A stretch of 55,396 bases of DNA, the filler included, from an uncultured virus (IMG/VR IMGVR_UViG_2049941000_000908) (Duplodnaviria > Heunggongvirae > Uroviricota > Caudoviricetes). It is 20 parts of one record of this genome, joined end to end, with 100 filler letters (N's around TTAATTAATTAA, not from the genome) between each part and the next. Parts side by side here need not be neighbours in the genome. Positions count along the whole stretch, not along the records: positions 7,274 to 11,596 come from IMGVR_UViG_2049941000_000908; positions 11,697 to 14,989 come from IMGVR_UViG_2049941000_000908; positions 15,090 to 20,427 come from IMGVR_UViG_2049941000_000908; 17 more parts are not named here. One strand, written 5' to 3'. Positions 10,043 through 20,245 of the stretch are shown here, piece after piece (the stretch's first letter is position 1; the number at the start of each line of letters is the position of its first letter). A program made the translations under genes and the position numbers. The notes under the pieces were generated by a model that worked only from the letters and a program-made list of their open reading frames with translations, was not told the origin of the DNA and searched no databases.

Positions 10043-10237
10043 ACAAAAGACCGCCTTCTGGTNNNNNNNNNNNNNNNNNNNNNNNNNNNNNNNNNNNNNN
10101 NNNNNNNNNNNNNNNNNNNNNNNNNNNNNNNNNNNNNNNNNNNNNNNNNNNNNNNNNNNNNNNNNNNNNNNNNNNNNNNNNNNNNNNNNNNNNNNNNNNN
10201 NNNNNNNNNNNNNNNNNNNNNNNNNNNNNNNNNNNNN

Positions 10238-10810
10238 CCCGGCTGTCCGGAGCTGGTGCCGAGGGGCAGAAAGTACTGCGATGAACACGCCGCCATCCAT
10301 ACAGAAGAACAGCGTCCGGCCGCCGCNNNNNNNNNNGCCTGTGTGGGCGTGCGAAATCGAACCCTTCCCGATACGAGTCACTACCAAGCGGCTGCCCTTC
10401 ATGAAGCATTACGGNNNNNNNNNNACGGCAAGCAGAACGGCATCCACGCCGGACAGCTCAAGAGCTACATTCAGCTTTGCCTGGCGCTCAGCGAATTGGC
10501 AAAGGAAGTCAAAACCGCCAGCCCGAAGCCGCAGCAGAACGAGAATCCGAAATACGCGATGCGCACTTGGCTGCTCCGCCTCGGATTCATCGGNNNNNNN
10601 NNNTTGTCCGACATTACGCCCGTGTGGGCGTGCGAAATTGAGCCGTTCCCGATACGAGTCACTACCAAGCGGCTGCCCTTCATGAAGCATTACGGNNNNN
10701 NNNNNGCGGCATCAAGTCCTTCTTCATTGGCATCTGGGACGGCATTGTCGGCTTTTTCTCCGGCGTATGGAACGGAANNNNNNNNNNGCAGCCCGGAATA
10801 CCGATATTGA
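10238..10810 (+). CDS. Phage packaging-associated HNH endonuclease fragments (10238-10326 and C-terminal 10788-10810), interleaved with unrelated short contigs
   Basis: PGCPELVPRGRKYCDEHAA N-terminal Zn motif and terminal SPEYRY*. The intervening contigs are copies of MTase, amidoligase and tape measure sequence. Confidence 0.6.
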   Translation, partial: PGCPELVPRGRKYCDEHAAIHTEEQRPAAXXXXACVGVRNRTLPDTSHYQAAALHEALRXXXXGKQNGIHAGQLKSYIQLCLALSELAKEVKTASPKPQQNENPKYAMRTWLLRLGFIXXXXLSDITPVWACEIEPFPIRVTTKRLPFMKHYXXXXAASSPSSLASGTALSAFSPAYGTEXXXXSPEYRY

Positions 10811-10848
10811 AAAACAGCGACTCTCCGATATCGGAAAGCCGCTGTTTT
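10811..10848. terminator. Bidirectional intrinsic terminator between converging HNH and yafQ-like genes
   Basis: AAAACAGCG-ACTCTCCGATATCGGAAAGC-CGCTGTTTT inverted repeat with an A-tract and a T-tract. Confidence 0.75.
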
Positions 10849-10849
10849 G

Positions 10850-11128
10850 TTACTTCTTAAAGATGTCCGAATGTGAGCCTGTGTCAACCAACGTCAGCGT
10901 AAGAATGTCGTCCTCAATCAGATACACAAGTAACCAATCAGGTTTGATATGACATTCTCGGAAGCCGGCAAAATTCCCTGTCAGAGCGTGATCATGATAT
11001 CTTGCGTCAAGTTCTTTTCCCTGTCGCAAAAGATCAACCACAGTGTCGAGAGCGGTCATATCTAAATTGCGTTTCTTCATGAGCTTATAGCTTTTCTTAA
11101 ACGCCGTAGTGAATTTAACCTGATACAT
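10850..11128 (-). CDS. YafQ/RelE-family mRNA interferase toxin
   Basis: MYQVKFTTAFKKSYK...YHDHALTGNFAGFRECHIKPDWLLVY...TGSHSDIF. Confidence 0.93.
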   Translation of the reverse strand: MYQVKFTTAFKKSYKLMKKRNLDMTALDTVVDLLRQGKELDARYHDHALTGNFAGFRECHIKPDWLLVYLIEDDILTLTLVDTGSHSDIFKK

Positions 11129-11400
11129 CAGCTATCCAACGCCGCCTTTAATTCGTCCATTGACGTGTAGCCCTGGACGGAAGGGTCTGCGGAAATACGT
11201 TTTGCTTCTGCCATCGCATCCAGCGTTTTCTGAGAATACTGCGGCATTTCTATCGCAAACGGAATCCCTCCGCGAAGAACACACTGATAGAGGAACAGGT
11301 TGACCGCGCCGGACATATCAATCCCGAGGTTCTCGAAAAGTTCAGTAGCGGCTTTCTTGACGTCAGCATCGATTCGAATTTGAGTGGGTACAGTTGGCAT
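11128..11400 (-). CDS. DinJ/RelB-family antitoxin
   Basis: TQIRIDADVKKAATELFENLGIDMSGAVNLFLYQCVLRGGIPF; stop and start overlap with the toxin. Confidence 0.92.
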   Translation of the reverse strand: MPTVPTQIRIDADVKKAATELFENLGIDMSGAVNLFLYQCVLRGGIPFAIEMPQYSQKTLDAMAEAKRISADPSVQGYTSMDELKAALDS

Positions 11401-11430
11401 TTAATTTCATCTCCCTTCGGCTTCATCTGT

Positions 11431-11459
11431 ATTATAACTCAAATGGTTTACATTGTCAA
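11431..11459 (-). promoter_or_regulatory. Consensus promoter of the toxin-antitoxin operon
   Basis: TTGACA (11459-11454), 17 nt, TATAAT (11436-11431). Confidence 0.75.
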
Positions 11460-11515
11460 CCAAAAGAGCAAAGTTCAAAATAAGTTCACAATGGCAATCC
11501 GAGTGAAATGGCGCA

Positions 11516-11596
11516 ACCCCAGGGGGCATCTGAATCTCTGTGCGGTGTGAAAATAAAGACCGTCGCCCCCCTTCGCGTGCAAAAAAAGCGTATTCA
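11516..11596 (+). other. Probable cos/packaging-site region
   Basis: CCCCAGGGGGCATCTGAATCTCT...GACCGTCGCCCCCCTTCGCGTGCAAAAAAAGCG. From memory this resembles the G-run/C-run motif found between HNH and terS in Firmicutes cos phages. Confidence 0.5.
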
Positions 11597-11696
11597 NNNN
11601 NNNNNNNNNNNNNNNNNNNNNNNNNNNNNNNNNNNNNNNNTTAATTAATTAANNNNNNNNNNNNNNNNNNNNNNNNNNNNNNNNNNNNNNNNNNNN

Positions 11697-12388
11697 TGAC
11701 AATCTGGAAGACACGCAGGCATATGAATTCCTGATGAAGGCATTTGCCAATTTTAAGAACGCAATGGCGGTTGACGCTTCGATTTACGAGTTTTACGCAA
11801 CCATGAAAGCGCGTGTATTTTACGACGCCTTTGAGGACGCCGGGTTCAAAGTAGGCGCGGGTCTCATCTGGAAAAAGCCGAGAGCGCCGCTCATGCGAAC
11901 CGACTGGAAATTCAACATGGAGCCTATCATCTTCGGCTGGCGCAAGGACGGCAGGCACAAATGGTACGGCGATCAGAAGCAGAAAGCGGTCTTTGAATTT
12001 GACGGCATCAAAAACTCCAAAGAGGACGGATTCGGTCATCCTTCGAGCAAGCCGGTGCCGCTTATTGCTTATCTGGTTCAGCAAAGCACACAGGTCAACG
12101 GAATCGTGCTGGACGGTTTTCTTGGTTCGGCTTCTACGTTGATCGCCTGCGACCAGATTGACAGAATTTGCTACGGCGTGGAGCTTGAGCCGAAATTCGT
12201 GGATGTGGCGGTCAGACGCTATATGAATTCACACGGAGACAACGCAGGTGATATTCTGCTTATCCGTGACGGAAAGGAATANNNNNNNNNNGCACGGAGA
12301 CAACGCAGGTGATATTCTGCTTATCCGTGACGGAAAGGAATACACCTACGAGCAGGCACTTGAAATGATGGAGGGCAGCAATGCATAA
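11697..12388 (+). CDS. Phage N6/N4 DNA methyltransferase, C-terminal part
   Basis: LIWKK...EPIIFGW...HPSSKPVPLI...VLDGFLGSASTLIACDQIDRICYGVELEPKFVDV (beta-class motif I). Confidence 0.88.
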
Positions 12389-14989
12389 TCTCACCCTCGG
12401 CAGCTTGTTTGACGGTTCGGGCGGCTTTCCGCTGGGCGGTCTGATGTCCGGCATTACACCCGTGTGGGCGTGCGAAATCGAGCCGTTTCCGATCAGAGTC
12501 ACCACCAAGCGGCTGCCCTTCATGAAGCATTACGGCGACGTATCCGAGATGGACGGCGGCAAAATCGAGCCTGTGGATATCATCACCTTCGGCTCGCCGT
12601 GCTTTCCGGAGGGGACGCTTGTGCTGACGGAGGAGGGCTATCTTCCCATCGAGGAAGTGACCGTCGGCATGAAGGTTCTCACCCACAAAGGCAGATGGCG
12701 CACCGTCACGGCGGCGGGCGCGAAGTTCGGCGAAACGGTCGTGCTGAAGGGCAACCATTACGGTCTGGAATGTACGCCCAATCACCCGATTTACAGCAGC
12801 GGCGAGAGAAAAATCCGTCCCCGGCTGGGCAACGGAAAGCGCGGCGAGAGGATTCAACTGACCGATGAAAAACGCTGGATTCCCGCCGGGGATATGAAAA
12901 ATCAACTGTGGGCGGTTCCCCGGTTTGCGGAGCCGCTCCCCGTCGCTTCGCCCGAATACACCTGTTCGCACAGGCAGAAAATCATGCCGCCGCTGTCGGA
13001 GGATTTGTTTTATTTCATCGGAAGATGGCTGGGCGACGGATGGGTCTGCATCGGTCAGCGGAGCGGCCGCCCGGAGGGACAGCGTTACGGAAAAATCTTC
13101 CTCTGCGATTCGGAGGATAAGTCCGAGGAATTGCGCCGGATTGTGGAGAAAATGTCCGGCAACTACACGGTTTCCTGCGAAAAAGGCGTGGTGCGGTATT
13201 CCTTCGTCTCGCAGGTCTTTGCCGAATGGCTCACCGATAATTTCGGACGCTACGCGCACGGCAAGACCATGCCGGGCTGGGTGTTCGGTCTGCCGGAGCA
13301 TTTCAGGCAGGCGATTCTCAACGGACTGCTCGATTCCGACGGCTACCGCGTGAAGGAAAATCATTGGAGAATCAGCACGGTGAGCAAGCGTCTCGCCGAA
13401 AGCGTCCGCCTGCTTGCCGAAATACAGGGGTATTCCACCACCGTTTTCAGATTTGAAACGGCGAAAACCAAAGTAATCGAAGGCCGGCTGGTCAACCAGC
13501 GCGACGTGTATTCCGTGGCGATCACGGCGAACGGAAAGCGCGCGCATCTGACCGACGGACTTCACGGCTGGTACCGCGTCCGGAGCGTTCAGCCTACGGG
13601 CAGAACATCGGTCGTTTACAACATCACCGTTGATGAGGACAACAGCTATGTCGCGGACGGCGTGGTGGTGCATAACTGCCAGGATATGAGCATCGCCGGG
13701 CGGCGGGAAGGTCTGGAGGGCAGCCGTTCGGGACTGTTCTATCAGGCGGTCAGAATTATCAAAGAAATGAGGTGCGCCACCAATGGCAAATACCCGAGAT
13801 ACATCGTGTGGGAAAATGTCCCCGGAGCCTTCTCCTCCTGCAAAGGCGAGGACTTCCGCTGCGTGCTTGAAAGCATCTGCCGCATCGCGGACGAAACCCT
13901 GTCTGTTCCTCTCGCTGAAAAGTGGCTGCCTGCCGGGAACATCGTGGGAGATACTTTCTCCGTCGCGTGGAGAGTGCTTGACGCGCAATACTGGGGAGTC
14001 CCCCAGCGAAGAAAACGCATCTTCCTTGTCGCAGATTTTGCAGCGGGAAGTGCCGGAAAAATACTGTTTGAGTCAGAAGGCCTGTCAGGGTATTCTGCGG
14101 AGGGCTTCCGAGCGTGGCAAGGAACTGCCGCCGCTGCTGAAAAAGGCATTGGAACGGCAGGCGCGGTCTGTCTGAACGACCAGGGTGGAAAGCGCATGGA
14201 CGTGTCCGACGTTGCGGCGACGCTCCGGGCGGAAACACACGGGCATCCTCCCTGCGTCGCGGGATTCTGCACGGAACAGTCGGCGCAATCCCGGGGCATC
14301 GGCTATGAGGAAGGCAAATCGCCGACGCTTCGCGCGGGCGTGGTTCCGGCGGCGGTCTTTGAAAACCACTCGCAGGATTCCCGGTACACCGGGCCGCTGG
14401 ACGTGGCGCAGACGGTTTCCTCCACCTTCGGCAACGGCGGCAACAACCAGCCCTTCGTGGTGGAAACGCCCAAGACGCTGAAAATCCGCTCCGGCTGCGA
14501 GGGCGGCGGCAAGGGCGCATTGATTCAGGAGGACAAATCCGCGACGCTCGCCTGTCACAACGATCAGACGGTTTTCGTTCCGGCGGTGTTCGGGATATGC
14601 TCCAAAGAAAGCCATGCCATGCTCTCGGATAATCCCCACAGCGGATTTTACGAAGCGGAAACCACCCGGACGCTTGACGGCAACGGCGGCAATCCTTCCT
14701 GCAATCAGGGCGGGATGGCGGTGGTGGCGATCGAGGGAAACGGCGCAAGACCTTCTCACAGAGGTCGGGGTTATTCCGACAATGAAATCAGCTTTACGTT
14801 GAACACCGCAGAACAGCACGCCGTCGCTCAGCCGGTTTATCATTCGAGCAAGAATTCCTTCCACACCAATTTCACCGCAGACCGGGTGAGCGATACGCTG
14901 GTGGCGAGCGATTACAAAGACCCTCCGACGGTCTCGGAGGAACCGGAATACATCGTGCGCCGGCTCACGCCGACCGAGTGCGCGAGATT
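12381..14989 (+). CDS. DNA (cytosine-5) methyltransferase with intein, 3' truncated
   Basis: LGSLFDGSGGF (I), GSP|CQDMS (IV), WENVPG (VI), QRRKRIF (VIII), VRRLTPTECAR (IX). Confidence 0.94.
12600..13676 (+). mobile_element. 359-aa intein with LAGLIDADG homing endonuclease
   Basis: Starts CFPEGTLVLTEEG; block B CTPNHPIY; FIGRWLGDGW and LNGLLDSDGY dodecapeptides; ends VYNITVDEDNSYVADGVVVHN|C. Confidence 0.95.
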
Positions 14990-15089
14990 NNNNNNNNNNN
15001 NNNNNNNNNNNNNNNNNNNNNNNNNNNNNNNNNTTAATTAATTAANNNNNNNNNNNNNNNNNNNNNNNNNNNNNNNNNNNNNNNNNNNN

Positions 15090-16098
15090 AACAGCCAGAC
15101 AGATTGAAGCCCTTAAGAACCAGACAATCGGCGTTGAGGTCGAGATGAACAGCATCACCCGCGAAGCCGCCGCCAAGACCGCCGCCGAGTACTTCGGAAC
15201 CGTCCGCTACGAAGACACCGCCCGCCGCAACGGATACTTCAGCTGGAGCGCATGGGACGCGGACGGACGCGAGTGGAAATTCCAGCGCGACGTTTCGATC
15301 GCCGGACCGGACGATGAAAAATGCGAGATGGTCACGCCGATCCTCCGCTACGAGGACATCGAAACCCTGCAGGAGGTTTGCAGAAGACTCCGCAAGGCGG
15401 GCGCAAAGAGCGACGCGACAAGAGGCTGCGGNNNNNNNNNNCGACATCTGGTACAAGGGAAACGGCGCGAATTACGGCAGGACACAGCACTACAATTCCA
15501 GCCGCTACCATATGCTCAACCTCCACGCCACCTTCACGAAGGGAACGATTGAATTCCGGCTTTTCCAATTCGACGCACCCGAGGNNNNNNNNNNGACAGC
15601 GGCAGGATGAGCGATTACTGCCGCACGGTCAACCCGACCTTCCTCAAGGAGCTGAACGCCAAAAAGCCCGACACGATGGCGAAGCTCGCAGACATCTGGT
15701 ATAAAGGCAACGGCGCGAATTACGGCAGGACACAGCACTACAATTCCAGCCGCTACCANNNNNNNNNNAAAGCCGCAGCAGAACGAAAATCCGAAATACG
15801 CGATGCGCACCTGGCTCCTCCGCCTCGGATTCATCGGNNNNNNNNNNCAAACCCCAGCAGAACGAAAATCCGAAATACGCAATGCGCACCTGGCTCCTCC
15901 GACTCGGATTCATCGGCGACGAATTCGCCACAGCAAGAAACTTCCTCACCAAGAACCTGGACGGCGACACCGCCTTCCGGCACGGCAGAGAGACGGCATG
16001 AAGNNNNNNNNNNAGAGGAATTCGCCACAGCAAGAAACTTCCTCACCAAAAACCTTGACGGCGACACCGCCTTCCGGCACGGCAGAGAGACAGCATGA
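15090..16098 (+). CDS. Phage amidoligase (COOH-NH2 ligase, Amidoligase_2-like), multiple overlapping fragments
   Basis: TIGVEVEM, WKFQRDVSI...CEMVTPILRY, HYNSSRYHMLNLHATFTKGTIEFRLF, NPKYAMRTWLLRLGFIG. Confidence 0.85.
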
Positions 16099-16190
16099 AG
16101 GAACCCCTCGCCGCGGGACGAATAAAGCCCCGCGGCGGGCGGGAACCCCCCGGAGAATAAACGAAAATCAGCGGAAAGGAACGACAAACC

Positions 16191-16706
16191 ATGATCGGAA
16201 AGAAAAAATATTACATCGCCTACGGCAGCAACCTGAACACCTACCAGATGAGCCTTCGCTGCCCCGGCGCAAAGCCGGTGGGAACGGCGGAAATCAAGGA
16301 CTACCGGCTGCTTTTCAAGGGCAGCATGACAGGCGCTTACCTCACAATTGAACCCAGCAAGGGACACAGCGTCCCGGTGGCGGTGTGGGCGGTGAATGCC
16401 ACGCACGAGGAGGCGCTCGACCGATATGAGGGATTCCCTTCCTTCTACTACAAGAAGGAAATGCGGCTTCCCGTGACGCGCCTGAACGGCGGCAGAACCG
16501 AAACGCTCACCGCCTTCGTCTACATCATGCACGAGGAACGCCGGTGCGCCCTTCCTTCGAAGTACTATGTGGAAGGCTGTCTGGACGGATACCGCGNNNN
16601 NNNNNNGGGCTGCCTGGACGGATACCGCGCCTTCGGTTTTGACGAAAACATAATCAGTGAAGCGATACGCTTCAGCGCAGAGGAGGCGTCCAAATGCAGC
16701 TTTTAA
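16191..16706 (+). CDS. Gamma-glutamylcyclotransferase (AIG2-like)
   Basis: YYIAYGSNLNTYQMSLRCPGA...ALDRYEGFPSFY. Confidence 0.9.
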   Translation: MIGKKKYYIAYGSNLNTYQMSLRCPGAKPVGTAEIKDYRLLFKGSMTGAYLTIEPSKGHSVPVAVWAVNATHEEALDRYEGFPSFYYKKEMRLPVTRLNGGRTETLTAFVYIMHEERRCALPSKYYVEGCLDGYRXXXXGCLDGYRAFGFDENIISEAIRFSAEEASKCSF

Positions 16707-16806
16707 TTCCGCAGATCAGGGTGTGTCCGCTGTGCGGAAAATCCTACGGCGAACCGCCCGCGATTTCNNNNNNNNNNNNNNNNNNNNNNNNNNNNNNNNN
16801 NNNNNN

Positions 16807-16839
16807 CTTCATTTCGTTGGTAAATTCAATCTGATACAC
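16807..16839 (-). CDS. Start of a second YafQ-like toxin (not in ORF track)
   Basis: GTG start 3 nt after the antitoxin stop, reading MYQIEFTNEMK, similar to MYQVKFTTAFK at 11128; truncated by a gap. Confidence 0.6.
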
Positions 16840-16842
16840 GGT

Positions 16843-17177
16843 TTAATCCTCCAGCATTGCAGCCACAGCTTCTTCTGCGGAACGATAAGGACCGTTCAGA
16901 TTGGCTCTGTTTCTGCTGTCAGAAATCGCCTGCTGCACCCCTTCGTTGAGTGTCCTGTGACGAACTTCAAAGGGAATTCCGCCGTTTTCAATTGCGNNNN
17001 NNNNNNTACTCCTTCGCTGAGTGTCCTGTGACGAACTTCAAAGGGAATTCCGCCGTTTTCAATTGCGGCTACCAGAAACATTCTGACAGCGGTTGAAGTA
17101 TCCAATCCGAGACTTGCGAAAAGCAAATCCGCCTGCGTCTTGATATCGTCGTTTAATCTGACCTGTAAATTTGCCAT
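16843..17177 (-). CDS. Second DinJ/RelB-family antitoxin (two overlapping fragments)
   Basis: MANLQVRLNDDIKTQADLLFASLGLDTSTAVRMFLVAAIENGGIPFEVRH...GPYRSAEEAVAAMLED*. Confidence 0.85.
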
Positions 17178-17278
17178 AGCATTGTCACCTCAATCATTTT
17201 TTATTATATTGTAGCAAATAATGATTGAAATATCAATACGCTTTCATCTTTTTTCGTCCGGGAGGTGAGATTTTTAAA

Positions 17279-19269
17279 ATGCCCATGCGAAAACTGAAAA
17301 AATACAAGCCTACCCGCTTCAAGGCGAAGGATTCCTACTACGACAAGGAGACGGCGGATTTCGCCGTGGCGTTCATCGAAAACCTCTGCCATACCAAGGG
17401 CACATGGGCGGGAAAGCCCTTCGAGCTGATCGACTGGCAGGAGCAGATCATCCGCGATTTATTCGGGATTCTCAAACCCAACGGCTACCGGCAGTTCAAC
17501 ACGGCGTATATTGAAATTCCCAAGAAGCAGGGCAAGTCGGAGCTTGCCGCCGCCGTCGCGCTGCTGCTGACCTGCGGNNNNNNNNNNCAAACCCAACGGC
17601 TACCGTCAATTCAACACGGCGTACATCGAAATTCCCAAGAAACAGGGCAAGTCGGAGCTTGCCGCCGCCGTCGCACTGCTGCTGACCTGCGGGGACGGCG
17701 AGGAACGCGCCGAGGTCTACGGATGCGCCGCCGACCGCAACCAGGCGAAAATCGTCTTTGACGTGGCGGTGGANNNNNNNNNNTGACGGCGAGGAACGCG
17801 CCGAGGTCTACGGCTGCGCCGCCGACCGCAACCAGGCGAAAATCGTCTTTGACGTGGCGGTGGATATGGTGCGCTTCTGTCCGGCGCTTTCCAAGCGGGT
17901 GAAGATTCTGGAATCGCAGAAAAAGCTGATCTACAAGCCGACCAATTCCTTTTATCAGGTGCTTTCGGCGGACGTGGCGAACAAGCACGGCTTCAATACC
18001 CACGGCGTGATTTTTGACGAATTGCACACCCAGCCCAACCGCAAGCTGTTTGACGTCATGCTGCAAGGCTCCGGCGACGCCCGGATGCAGCCGCTGTATT
18101 TTCTCATCACCACGGCGGGCAACGACACCAATTCCATCTGCTACGAGGTGCATCAGAAGGCAATCGACATCGCGGAAGGCCGCAAGGTAGACCCGACATT
18201 CTATTCCGTGATTTACGGCGCGGACGAGAGCGAGGACTGGACCGACCCGAAGGTCTGGAAGAAGGCAAATCCCTCCCTCGGCATTACGGTCGGCATCGAC
18301 AAGGTGAAAGCCGCCTGCGATTCCGCGCGGCAGAATCCGGGCGAAGAAAATTCCTTCCGGCAGCTCCGACTGAATCAGTGGGTGAAGCAGGCTGTCCGCT
18401 GGATGCCGATGGAGAAATGGGACGCCTGCGCTTTCCCTGTTGACGAGGACGCGCTGGAAGGGCGCGTCTGCTACGGCGGTCTTGACCTGTCCAGCACGAC
18501 CGACATCACGGCTTTTGTGCTGGTCTTTCCTCCCATCGACGAGGATGACAAATATCATATCCTGCCGTACTTCTGGATTCCGGAGGAAACGGTGCCGCTC
18601 CGCGTCCGGCGCGATCATGTGCCGTATGATCTGTGGGAGCGACAGGGGCTGTTCATGACCACCGAGGGCAACGTCGTGCATTACGGTTTCATTGAGAAAT
18701 TCATCGAACGTCTGGGCGAAAAATTCAACATCCGCGANNNNNNNNNNNNNNNNNNNNNNNNNNNNNNNNNNNNNNNNNNNNNNNNNNNNNNNNNNNNNNN
18801 NNNNNNNNNNNNNNNNNNNNNNNNNNNNNNNNNNNNNNNNNNNNNNNNNNNNNNNNNNNNNNNNNNNNNNNNNNNNNNNNNNNNNNNNNNNNNNNNNNNN
18901 NNNNNNNNNNNNNNNNNNNNNNNNNNNNNNNNNNNNNNNNNNNNNNNNNNNNNNNNNNNNNNNNNNNNNNNNNNNNNNNNNNNNNNNNNNNNNNNNNNNN
19001 NNNNNNNNNNNNNNNNNNNNNNNNNNNNNNNNNNNNNNNNNNNNNNNNNNNNNNNNNNNNNNNNNNNNNNNNNNNNNNNNNNNNNNNNNNNNNNNNNNNN
19101 NNNNNNNNNNNNNNNNNNNNNNNNNNNNNNNNNNNNNNNNNNNNNNNNNNNNNNNNNNNNNNNNNNNNNNNNNNNNNNNNNNNNNNNNNNNNNNNNNNNN
19201 NNNNNTATCCGCTGCGGCAATGTTTCCACCGAATCGGTCTACGATACGCGGGGGATTTTGTTTGTTTAA
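17279..19269 (+). CDS. terL: Terminase large subunit (gapped)
   Basis: EIPKKQGKSELAAA (Walker A), GVIFDELH (Walker B), LITTAG, CYGGLDLSSTTDITA nuclease motif; ends SVYDTRGILFV*. Confidence 0.95.
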
Positions 19270-19452
19270 TTACTTCTTAAAATAGTCCATAAACTGTGTT
19301 GATAATATAATCAACGTAAATGCGCCAATTGCAAAGCGTCCATTTTGACCATTAAAAACTTTTTCAAGTGAATTAATAATACTTATTTTTATTTCTTCAC
19401 TCAAATTATTTCTCTCGTATTCTTGCATACTTTGATTATTTTTTTTGTTCAT
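19270..19452 (-). CDS. Small AT-rich hypothetical protein with a C-terminal hydrophobic segment
   Basis: 60-aa ORF translationally coupled to the upstream 251-aa gene. Confidence 0.4.
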   Translation of the reverse strand: MNKKNNQSMQEYERNNLSEEIKISIINSLEKVFNGQNGRFAIGAFTLIILSTQFMDYFKK

Positions 19453-20207
19453 TAGTTTTCCTCCAATTTGGTTGAATTATTATTGAACGGAAGTACTGAA
19501 GTTCTTCCATCTTTACACGGAATAACATATTCTTCGACAACTGTTTTGTGAAAGTAATCAACTAACATAATTGATATTTCATCATTTGTACAATAGTGAG
19601 AAATATAAGATTTTGCTTCTTGAAATGCCTTTTCACTAATTGTAACAACTGTGTATCTATCGAACGAGACACCAACGAGATAGTAAGACGCCGCTAAAAA
19701 ATTGATATGTGTTATTATAGCACCCCATCCGGCCGAGTTATTAGGTTGAATAGGATTAGTAAAACCAATGAAATCAAAAGCCCATCTTGATGGTTTACTT
19801 GGGTCGAGTGCATTAGTAACCAATTCCAAGTCAACCTTAGATTCATCATTATCTTCATCTGTTCTTTCATGAGCTTGAAGGATGCTATGACCATTCAATA
19901 ATAATGCCATAGTGATAATTGCCTTTAATCCTCTTTTATTTTGATTTATTTCGTTACGAACACTCTTCCTTCGATTTTGCGGTTCAAATAATTCGTCAAA
20001 GGCTTTGTTCAATTTTTCAACGGACAGACTTTGATTTTCTGCGTGAAGTACTATCTTCTCAATTATCTCCTGCTTTGGTCTTAGTTGACCACTTTTAATT
20101 CTTGAAAGAGAAGATACATTAATCCCTATTACTTCCGCGAATTGACGAAGACTTCTTCTTCCTTGTGCTTCAGAAATAAGGGACTGAACACTATCCTTAT
20201 TCTCCAA
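19452..20207 (-). CDS. XRE HTH protein with a large uncharacterised C-terminal domain (moron)
   Basis: QGRRSLRQFAEVIGINVSSLSRIKSG HTH; TTG start with AGGAGG RBS; markedly AT-rich and opposite in orientation to the terL-portal genes. Confidence 0.8.
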   Translation of the reverse strand: MENKDSVQSLISEAQGRRSLRQFAEVIGINVSSLSRIKSGQLRPKQEIIEKIVLHAENQSLSVEKLNKAFDELFEPQNRRKSVRNEINQNKRGLKAIITMALLLNGHSILQAHERTDEDNDESKVDLELVTNALDPSKPSRWAFDFIGFTNPIQPNNSAGWGAIITHINFLAASYYLVGVSFDRYTVVTISEKAFQEAKSYISHYCTNDEISIMLVDYFHKTVVEEYVIPCKDGRTSVLPFNNNSTKLEEN

Positions 20208-20245
20208 ATCAACAACCTCCTTTTGATAGTTAACATAGTGAATCC

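Noticed and set aside
9845..10810. Long ORFs 9845-10402, 9864-10685 and 9980-10810 as novel fusion proteins
   Set aside because: They read through N gaps joining unrelated contigs (HNH, MTase, amidoligase and tape measure pieces).
12321..13988. 555-aa antisense ORF over the MTase/intein, and similar long antisense ORFs over terL, the endolysin and the recombinase
   Set aside because: Shadow ORFs expected from GC-rich codon usage; no motifs or RBS, unlike the +1 ORF in the polymerase intein.
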